A stretch of 64,000 nucleotides of DNA, taken from assembly GCF_006345805.1 (NCBI RefSeq), contig NC_042997.1, positions 187,550,001-187,614,000 on the forward strand. The letters are read 5' to 3'. The translations under genes were made by a program, and so were the position numbers. Positions 1-10,210 of this stretch are shown piece by piece (position 1 is the first letter of the stretch; every line of letters begins with the position of its first letter). The notes under the pieces were generated by a model. That model made no database searches, was not told the DNA's origin, and was given only the letters and a program-made list of their open reading frames with translations. This stretch comes from Octopus sinensis. Lineage: Eukaryota.

Positions 1-30
1 TTGACCAACCCTGTATTTAGTATTTATTTA

Positions 31-235
31 TCATCATCATCATTTAACATCCCTGTTCGATGTTGGCTTGGGTTGGGAAGATCCACTAGATCCAAAGACT
101 TCATTCCAGTATTTGCTTTGGCTTGATCTCTACAGCTGGATGCCCTTCCTAATGCCAGCCAGTTTCCAGCATATACTGGGTTGCTTTTTTTGTGCTACTA
201 GTACTAGTGAGGTCATTGTGCAGCTTGCAAGATTA
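31..235 (-). mobile_element. Family A repeat (RTE-type LINE 3' UTR or RTE-dependent SINE), old degraded copy
   Basis: (CAT)n tail, then tttaacatcc and the core ctacagctggatgcccttcctaatgcc shared with other family A copies. Confidence 0.6.
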
Positions 236-914
236 TGAAACCTGAGACAGGAGATGAGAGTAGCTTTATGCCAAGAGATGAGGTGTAAAAGTATGAGAGT
301 AGGAGTGATGAGCAAGTCCTTATCGAGGATCTATGTGGCTATTCACATTTAGAAGAGAGAATGAGATTGCCAGGTGACTCCACAAGGTATGAGGGGAATG
401 GAGGTCAGTGGGGATAGAAGAACCAGGAGTGTGGGCTGGGATTTGCAAAGAGTGTATGGGAAGCAAGAGTTAGAGGTAGGCAGCAACTGTAAAGATTGGT
501 TAGGGTTCAAGAGTGGATATAGAGAGTAATGTATAAGGGGTAGGAGATGACCAAGGAGTGTAGAAGAGAGATGGGGAAGTTGTAGGGTAGTATGAGTAAA
601 GAAGATACAGTTGGCAGGGAGGAGCACGAGTGAGAGATAACATGTAATTGGGTAGGCTGCAGAAGTTGGGAGACAGGGGCCGGTGTAGTGCACGAAGAGA
701 GATAATTTAATGATTCAGTAGGGGAAAGGAGAGCAAATGATCAATGTGGTTCGTGGGCAACAGCTAACAAGTAATAAACAGTTCCAGGTAGCAAGAAAAA
801 AAAAACAAAATGGTAGTGAGAGTGATCATGAGTGGGTGGTAGGGGTGGGAATATCAGGAGATTGGATAAGGTACCCATTTGTGTATATATGTACATGCAG
901 TGCTTCCAAGTCAC

Positions 915-1330
915 TTCTACAGAGATGGATCTTCTCCAGGCCTTCATATCATCAGACATCCTTGTCCTTTGTCATCCGCTCCATAACATTCAGGGATCTG
1001 AGGTCAGCCTTCATCATCATATCATCCTGGGTCTTCCTTCCACAAATTCTAACCTTATTAAATGATTGACACTTCTTTCTACAGGTGTCCTCATCCATAT
1101 GCATCACATGTCCATATGAGTGCAACCTTCTTTCTTGTGCACTATATCTGATTCTTCTTATGCCCAGTTTTTCTCTCAGCACATTTATACTACGTCATTC
1201 ATGCACACCCAACATTCTTTCCAGTCTGCTCACATCCTCTGCATTCAAGGATCACATCTCTCTATCAGTTCCAATACATGCATCATACAATCTGCTCTTC
1301 AGTTTCTGGGAAACACCTTTGTTGCCAACG
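915..1330 (-). mobile_element. RTE-clade LINE, ORF2 C-terminal relic
   Basis: Minus-strand translation LREKLGIRRIRYSAQERRLHSYGHVMHMDED...MKADLRSLNVMERMTKDKDV matches the RTE ORF2 C-terminus pattern (RRLRWYGHVMRM...DRDVW); stops and frameshifts present. Confidence 0.75.
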
Positions 1331-1338
1331 ACATATAT

Positions 1339-1510
1339 ATAGGTGTAGACGTGGGTGTGTGGTAAGAGGTTTGCTTCACAACCACAATGTTATGGTTTCA
1401 GTTCAAGTATGTGGGACCTTGGGCAAGTGTCTTCTACTATAGCTCCAGGCCAACCAAAGCCTTGTGAAATGATTTGGTGTACAGAAGTTGAAAGAAACCC
1501 ATTGTGCATA
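1339..1510 (+). mobile_element. Family B tRNA-headed SINE (CORE-like segment), 5' half
   Basis: Motif ccttgggcaagtgtcttctactatagc...aaagccttgtga shared with copies at 33434, 49169, 49935, 54760; ends in a (CA)n tract. Confidence 0.75.
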
Positions 1511-2149
1511 CACACACACACTCACTCACACACACACACACACACTCACTCACTCACTCACACACACACACACACACACATGTAGGTGGAAAGAAGAAAA
1601 AAAAACACCTTCTGAAGTAAGTAGTTTATAGGCGCAAAATTTCAAAGACAGTTCTTGCAATAGTTCATGTTTGATCATAGCTATGTTCTATATCAGTGCA
1701 TTGTTCATTCTCTCTAATGCCTAGCAGTTAGTTTTTTTTTTTTCATCTTGAGCTTTTGTAGCTGTTGACAAATATGAAAGAAAGTGAAAGAAGTATTTCT
1801 GGACTGTATCCAACCCTCAACAGTTGTACAAAATTATTTGGTTGTGGTAATAGATGGTATGACACTATGTTTCATTGTTGTTGTGTGTTTGTGTATATGA
1901 GTATTGAGATTTTGGCATCATTTAGGTTTACTTATCCTCACTGTTCAAAAATCAAGCCCTTATCAGAAGCCAAAATAGTATTTTCAACTCTTATACTCAG
2001 TTTTTGATAATTATACATTATGTGGCTATGTTTGATGTGGTGCCATGAGACTTGGAAAAAAAAGACGATTCCATAACCATCACTCCGAAATGAGTATGAC
2101 CAAGAAGTGTGTACCATGTTTTTGGAAATTGTATTAGTTAGTGATATAA

Positions 2150-2884
2150 TAGGGTCAATGATGGGTGCCAGTGAGGATGGTGGTGTTGGAGAGGTAAGGG
2201 CAAGTGTAGCAGTGTGGACAGGAGTAAGGGAACGAGCTGGGTTGGGAGGTTGGGTTAGGGAAGAAACTGTGGACCAGGAGATCACGTAGCGTGTGGGCTC
2301 GTTTGAAGGAGGGGAGGGGTCGGAGAATGGTGGGTTGGAGCGGTAGAGTGGAGGAATGGTAGGTGAGGGGAGACGGGTGATGGTGGGGCAGTTGTGGGGG
2401 AAGAAAGCAGATGCATAGTCCATGGAATGTGCTCTGGCAAGGGCAGTATGGATAGTGGTGAGGGGATATCCACGTAGGATGAAGTGGCAAGCCATGAGTT
2501 GAGACTGAGTCTCAAAGTCATGGTTGTCGCTGCAGAGCCTGCGCAGATGGAGGAATTGGGAATAGGGGATGGAGAACTTGGTGTGTTTGGTATTGGAGGA
2601 GGAGAAGTTGAGGTATGAGTGTGAGTCTGTGTTTTTAGTGGATGCTGGTGGTGAGAGTGGAGTGATGAATGCTGACAGAAATGTCGAGAAAGGCGACAGA
2701 AGTGTTGGAAATAGTGCAGGAGAAGTGGAGGGCAGGATGGAAAGATTGGACAAAAGAGAGAGTCGTCAATATAACGATCATATAGTTCAGGAGTGGGACC
2801 AGTGAAACTTGAGAATATTTGGGCCTCAATGTAGCCAATGAACAGGTTCACATAGTTGGGGCCCATTCTCGTTCCCATGGCCAT
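2150..2884 (-). mobile_element. Penelope-like element (RT C-terminal half, thumb, Cys linker toward GIY-YIG), frameshifted relic
   Basis: Overlapping minus ORFs give AMGTRMGPNYVNLF, YDRYIDD, FLDISVSI, TDSHSYLNFSS...SIPYSQFLHLRRLCS...RGYP, SFKRAHTLRDLLVHS and CPHCYTCPYL, the ordered motif series of PLE reverse transcriptases. Confidence 0.85.
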
Positions 2885-2972
2885 ATATATATAAATGTGT
2901 GTGTCTGTGTGTACACAGTATTTAAATATGAACTACTAATAGTTTCATACACACACACACAGAGGATTTAAA

Positions 2973-4789
2973 TCAGATGAGCTAGTGTAGCATGTTGTGT
3001 ATTATCAGTCATTCAGGCTCAAAATACAAATAGCTGCTCTCTGAGAAAATTCAAGAAAGAACAGGTGAAGAATAGTAAATGAAAAGAAGGAACCAAGGAA
3101 AAACGTATGGAAGGAAGGAAGAAAAGACTTGTGTTTCTTTGATTTGTTACAATAGGAATTAGCATGGTTTGGTGTGATTGATTTAACAGGGAAAGGTTAA
3201 TGTTTGTGAGACTCTCTGCTTAATCTGGAGAGAGGGGTGTTCTCCAATTTTATCATGGAAACTTATCCAGATGCTTGCATTTAGTGAACATTTTTGGATC
3301 CTATTACCAAGCCTGCATTTCCTTGAGCAATCAGTGAATGGAATGCATCATTCTACAATGCCCCACTTGATGGTTTGTAGGGTATTGCTGGCATTCAGAT
3401 GCCAGATATGGCTAGCTAACTTAGTGATTTCCTTATCTACATATCAGAAAGAAAACCTGTGGCTGGCATATATTTTTATAAAGTCACTTTCACATAGACC
3501 AATATACTTTTCCTTTTGTGTATTGTAATTTCATTCAACTTGGGTGACCTCAACTTCATTAACCACCAAGATAAACATACATGACTAGTTGAGTGGGCAA
3601 GTGCCTGTGTCTCTACAGTTACATTTTGGAGTAGGTGCCTGATGTGATTTATGTGTAATAATGTTTTTCATATTGAGGCAGCAGCTGTAAGAAACTGTCA
3701 CTGAGTGTCTATTAAAAATGTTCTTATACCTATAGCTATCCAGGAAATTCTTATCTTTCAAATTTACTCAGAAGAAACTTGCCATGCAGTGAGTCTGAAC
3801 CTAAGACCATGTAATTGAGAAGCGAATTTCCTAACCACAAAGCCATGCCTTTGGCACATTTGAGTAATGACGGATTGCTTTGGATTTTTTTATATCTGAT
3901 CCATCTTTTCCTTTACACCTGTACTGCTCGCCATCACTTTCCTGTCCTTCTGATCACTTCTCATTTAACATCCATCACTTCTCTTATCAATTAATATTAC
4001 CTTCCTTTCATTGCCATGCCACACACACATATACTTGTCTGTTTTACCAGCATTTACTTTATCTCTATCTCTCACCATTCACCACTTGCTGTCACTCTCT
4101 TACTAGCAAAACGATTATATGCATAGATACACACATGCACATACAAACATATATACATCATGATGCTTGAGTATTGAGGGATTGTGTTTGATCTGATTAC
4201 ATCTGATGCACCCATTTCCCTCTCTCTCTCTTGCAAAATACAGCCATCATAAGCGTCTTTCCCCTCTCATGCCTGATTAAAGAGAGTTTGCATTTGATAT
4301 TAAACACTGCCCCAACCTCACCCCAAGTGTCCACAGTCTCTTTAGTATTGCCATTTTGACTACCTATTAGTCATACCCTTTCATACTCATTAACATAATT
4401 TATTCTTCTGTATTGCTAGCTTCTGCTCCCTCTCTTTCAAGTTACTTATTATTGGCATCTATCAGTTACGCTTTTGTCACTAACGATTTCTATGACTACC
4501 AATCACTCACTATCTTTCATCACACCCTGTCAATACTGTTTCTTCCATTACTCCTTTTAGCACTATCTCCCACCTCATACTCTTGTTTTTACCATATTTC
4601 ATCTCTGTTCTTTTTTCTCCTGTTAGTGACATTGCCTTCTGATAGTATGATAGTCAGATGAGCTAGTGTAGCATGTTGTGTATTGTCAGTCATTCAGGCT
4701 CAAAATACAAATGGCTGCTCTCTGAGAAAATTCAATAACGAACAGGTGAAGAAAAGTAAATGAAAAGAAGGAACCAAGCAAAAACTTAT
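2973..4789. repeat. Pair of 136-bp direct repeats (2973-3108 and 4654-4789), about 95% identical
   Basis: Both start tcagatgagctagtgtagcatgttgtgtatt; about 7 substitutions counted by eye; period 1681 bp. Confidence 0.9.
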
Positions 4790-5463
4790 CTGCTCTGTTA
4801 GGGACATTGCCTTCTACAAACAAAGGCAGTGTAGAGCAGTGAGAACCTCTTTTACATTGCAAGGCTGAAGGCATCTGCAACTTGTCCTGGTGTCGTAAAA
4901 ATGCTCCCTATTCACTTTGTAATATGATTGGTGATAGGTAGGGTATCCAGCTGTTGAAACTATGCCAAACTTAATTACATTTAAGTGAAACATGACTCCT
5001 TGACCAGTCCAAAAGGACAAGAACTCCAAATAAGAAGTGACCGTGATATTATTCATATATATCATCATCATCATCGTTGTCATTGTTTATGTCACTTTTC
5101 TCTGCTTGCATGGCTCAGATGTCTCTTCTGTAGCTTAGCATTTCCACTTTTGGGGTCTTTTGTTGTTTCCTTGAAATCAGCCTGACTTCTTGAGATGCCA
5201 TTTTCAGTCTTATTGTTCTACAGATTCCCAAACTTGATAACTCAGTATTTCTTTAGCAAATTAACCTTTTGCAAATGCATCGCATATTTGTAGCAGCTCA
5301 GTCTTCTTTCTCACACATTATGTCTGATTTGTCTCATATCCTATTAATCTCTTGGTTCATTATGTTGTTCATATGCACTAACATTACACAACCAGCAGAG
5401 TATCCTCACCTTATTTCTTTCCAGCCTTGTCACATCCTTTCACCCTCATGTTTTATTATACAC

Positions 5464-5654
5464 TGCCGGTGGCACATGAAAGCACCCACTACACTCTCGG
5501 AGTGGTTGGCGTTAGGAAGGGCATCCAGCTGTAGAAACTCTGCCAGATCAAGATTGGAGCCTGGTGCAGCCAACTGGTTTGCCAGCCCTCAGTCACACGT
5601 CCAACCCATGCAAGCATGGAAAGCGGACGTTAAACGATGATGATGATGATGATG
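5464..5654 (+). mobile_element. Family A repeat, 5'-truncated, (GAT)n tail
   Basis: tgccggtggcacatgaaagcacccactacactctcggagtggttggcgttaggaagggcatccagctgtagaaac...gcggacgttaaacgatgatgatg. Confidence 0.85.
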
Positions 5655-5976
5655 TCCTTAAGGACTTCACTGCCCTTTATTCAGCTCTTTTCACTTTTTC
5701 CACCTCATTCTTTCTCTGGTTGCCATTCTTTCACAAAATCATCTTCTATTGCTAATTTTGTCATCTTCCTAAAGAAAAGCTATCAATTCCTTTTAAGGAA
5801 CTGTCTAAATATTCGAAAGAATTTATTCTATGGATGCTCATAGTACTAATTCTGTTACATGGTAAGTGACAGTTATACAGAGAAAAGACCTAAAGATTTT
5901 TTTTTTACACTATTATAATTTGTTATTTAATATATTTTCATTTTCCCCTTTTTTTTTTTCAATCACTTTTCTCCAG

Positions 5977-6105
5977 CAAAACTAGAAGGCAATTTTTCCG
6001 ATGAACTACCACCTTCAACAACACATTCACAGTCAATAGAAACTACCACTAGAAGTATAGATATTCTTTTACCAAAAGATAAAACTCATGGAGGCAATGA
6101 TCATG
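5977..6105 (+). CDS. DDR2: DDR exon: extracellular juxtamembrane stalk ([43 protein letters not shown])
   Basis: Poly-pyrimidine tract plus CAG at 5974-5976; donor ATG|GTAAGT at 6106; 129 nt, stop-free, phase 1-1, in frame with the TM exon. Too short for the ORF track. Confidence 0.8.
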
Positions 6106-6277
6106 GTAAGTAAAATGTCTTCTGTGCTTTTTAATTCTTTTATTTATATTTTTTAAAAGATACATATAAGCTTTTTTTTTAACATTTATGTCAGATTTCT
6201 TGCATCTGTGAGATGCTACGTTGGAGTGGGCATAGATAAAAATTCATTCCTTAAATAGTATATATTACTAACTTAAA

Positions 6278-6351
<74 letters not shown>

Positions 6352-9300
6352 CATTATGATATGCCTTTCAGAGTTAAAATGGCTGCCAACATTTTCTAAT
6401 TATTTCAAATGGGTACCTTTGTACTCTTATACAAACTGGCATAGTCATTCCCATGATAAAATCTAGAAACCATGGAAACTACTAGCCTGCAGCCAGAGCA
6501 GTAACACTTCCCTTCATTCATCAATGAAGGACAAGAGTTTGAAATGTTAGATTCTTTAATCCCTAGGCAATTAAATTTACTAGACTCTCCAAGTAACTGT
6601 CCAATTTCTTTCATTTATTTTTAAATATGTTTTGTTGTGAATTTTACTGAAGTTGAAATAAAAGTTACCTAATAGATTGTTGATTTTTGGGGGATTTTTT
6701 TTTTGTTTTTAAATATGTAGGTTAGAGTATATTTGAAAGTGTTTACAGTTTTTGTGTGTTTGTGTGGAAGTGTACATTATTTTCACAAGATATGATCAGG
6801 CAATTCTGATGTTCACAATATAAATACCAATCCAATACTGAACTTGATTCGGTCAAGTATAGGCTTATCTCCCCAACCCTAAAAAAAAAATGTATGTTAT
6901 CTATTGTATCAGTTACAAATCGACATTCTGTGAATAGCTGATATTAGTTAGAATCAACTTATTAGGTCAAAGTGATGCAGGTATGGCCATGTGGTTGTAA
7001 AGTCCACTATGCAATGGCACTAGGTTCAGTCCCACTGCATGGTACCTTGGGCAAGCATCTCCTATCATAGCCTCAAATCAACCCAGTTCTTGGGTTGACA
7101 GTGCCTTCTTTCCTGACTATAAGATAAATTAAGGATAAATTTTATTAGTATTTAAATCTATAGAATGGTTTCATGCAATCTCTAAATGGATAATCGTTAT
7201 CCTCAGTGGCTAAGAAACAGCAGTAGAATAGTAAACATTCACTCAGATATCTACATGAAACCATTTATGGACTGAATCATGTGTATGGATATTTATTTAC
7301 TGAGCTTGATTGGTATGGGGGGAAAAAAATCATAAGTTTAATCTCCACAGTATTTATTTCTTTGCTACCCACAAGGAGCTAAACACAGAGAGGACAGACA
7401 AAAGGATTAAGTCGATTATATCGACCCCAGTGTGTAACTGGTACTTATTTAATCAACCCTGAAAGGACGAAAGGCAAAGTCAACCTCGGCGGAATTTGAA
7501 CTCAGAACGTAGTGGCAGATGAAACACCGCAAAGCATTTCGCCCGGCGTGCTAACGTTTCTGCCAGCTCGCTGCCTTCAATCTCCACAGTATTTGCCTGT
7601 ATCCAAAGCACAGCAGTATTGAAATTATGACAGGCTTGTCTGATTGTGGACAGATGCTGTTAAGGTTCAGCTTGATGCTTTGTTTCAAGTGCATGAGAGG
7701 CATTGACATGCCTACACCACCACTTCGATAGCTGTTATTTTTATTGCTATTGAGTGACCTTTAACTTTTCTCAAAGAGTGGAACTTGACTAGGTTGCAAG
7801 TTTAGCATCTGACAACTTGACCATATAGTACCACAGGTAAGAGGCTATAGTACCACAGGTAAGAGGCTTTATAGATTATGATCAATGTAGAAATTGGATG
7901 AAGGATGATTGAAGCCCTATCAAAGCAGCTTCAAGAGGAAATCCTTGTGCAGTGGGAAGCTGAAGTAAATTTAATCAGTAATAAATTTAACACACAAAGT
8001 TTATCTTCAACAAAAAAAATTAATGTATTAATTCCAGTTTAGTTAAAGATTGGAGAAAACTTTTTCCATAAGTTGGAATTCATTTTATTTTGCCTGTCAG
8101 CCCTTCTTCCAATAAAATTATAAAATATCAAATTATTTTTGTCATCTTTTATTGTAGAGGAGGGTATACAATTTTTTGATGTGGTACTGTTGTTTTATTT
8201 TGTTTTATTGTTTTATTATTGTATCTGGGTTGATTCATTTATTACACCAAGATGAAATACAGATTTATTTCGTCTAAGTGATATATTATAGGCAGCCACA
8301 AAGACTTTTGTAAGTATAATATGTAAATTCATTTTTCTCTGATTTTGAAACACTCACACTCAAACATATACACACACATTTATTGATCTGGTTTTTCAAG
8401 AGAACTTAACAATTGACAGTTAACAGAATATGATCACAGCACATTTTTCTCTATCTCTTAAAAAAAAAAAAAAAACTACAGCTTAAACATATTCACATTG
8501 TTGTTTTCTTTCTCCATAAGTTTTGAAAAATGTAATTTAAAGTTTGCTTTGCCTTATTTAGGAAATGTCTGCTATGTTCACGACTCTAGTCTCTGGATCT
8601 CCTTCACTGGATTAGATCTGTCTTGAGAACTGTCTTTATGGAACTTGTTCCAATCATCCCTTCTTGACGAATTGAATCAAGCAAAGAGGCTTTAGTTTGG
8701 GACTTTTCTTAAAAGACCAAATCTTTAAAAAAAAAAAAAATGAATTGTTGTTTATATTTTTTTAAAGTCATTTACTTATCTATATTTTTTTCTTGTGCAT
8801 GTTTTTCCTTCTAGAACGTTCTCGCAATGATCGTCAACATAAAGCTCCAAAGGCCATGGACGATAGCTATGTTGGAATTATAATTGGTGCTCTCGCTGCC
8901 CTCATAATTATTCTGTTCATTGTGGCTGTAATAATTGTGGTGCGGCATCGGCGATCCAAACATAACAACAACCAGCCTTGTCAGAAACCAGTCGTCCTTG
9001 GCGATAGGCATGTGACTATAAACCTTAGCGACCTCAGAGGTGGTTGCACCAATGGTAAGCTTTCCCATGGTAACATGTACAACAGTGTAGCAACAGATGA
9101 TATGGACTCTGATCGAGAAATGTGTGCTGGCAGTGCAGATAAACTGTGTTCCAAAGGAAGTGGCAGCGGAAATTACCTGGAACCTAAAGATAGCATTCAG
9201 GGGAGGAAACTACCTGATTTGCCTCCCACCCCTGATTCTTCAGGCAAGTATTTGGAAACCTCCTCCACTCCTACTTCCTGCTACTTATTTTGGGGTCTCT

Positions 9301-10174
9301 TAAACTTAAGTAGGTATAACATTTTATTATTAAAAGCATCAGGGAGCAAATAATCAATAAAGATTTCCAGTTTTTCAAATAAAAGCAAGCAAAAATTGAA
9401 TTTAAAGATGAGATGATAGGCAATTATTAGAAAAGGAAAGTTGAGGATCTTGTTTTGAAAAAGCCATTAAGATATTAGTTTTCATTTATAAAATAATAAA
9501 TTTGAGAATTTTCCTTTAGGAATTAATTTAAACAAATAAACTAAACTTAGATAAATTAGACTTGTATTAGATAACTCTGTGGAATCTGGATTAATATTTA
9601 CCTTATTTTGTTGAAATACTATTTTTTAGTATTTTTAAGAAGCTAATTACTTAAGTTAAAAGCTTATTGCTATTCTAATTTAATAGTTATCATAGCATCA
9701 AATCTACTTAGAACCCTACTGTATGATTTCCAGCAAGGATTTGAATATTCTGTTTATTACTACTCAACACTTCATGAATTGGTTCTCATTTTGCCTCAAT
9801 TTATAGGCTTAGATCAAGGATTTAGGATTTTCAGACACACACACACACACACACACACACCCTTAAACATGTGCGTGCAAACACAGACACACAGAGTTTG
9901 AAATCAGCTTTTGCAAATAGATAATATTTATAAATTGAAGAGACTTTTCTGATAAAATACCTTTCCTTTCAATTGGATTTACTAAACTACATGCTAATCC
10001 TATTGGAATGAATATATAAAAGAAACAATTTCCTAATCTCCAAACCTTATTTTCTCTGTGTAAAGATTAGTGAAAACAAATAAAATAAAATGAAAGTAGA
10101 AAATGATTCATTGTGAAATTGGTGATATTTCATTTGCTTATTGACTTTTATTGGTCAGAAGATGATCAATCAAT

Positions 10175-10210
<36 letters not shown>

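Noticed and set aside
2973-3010. Hammerhead ribozyme candidate (cagatga-gcta-gtg-tagc) in the direct repeats
   Set aside because: Core is CAGAUGA rather than CUGAUGA and no GAAA follows the putative stem II in either copy.
5857-5867. Donor-like CATG|GTAAGT upstream of the stalk exon
   Set aside because: No acceptor with an open DDR-like frame upstream; treated as chance.
1-5976. Discoidin or DS-like domain exons
   Set aside because: No matching motif found; this region reads as repeat-filled intron, so the exons are presumably upstream of the window.
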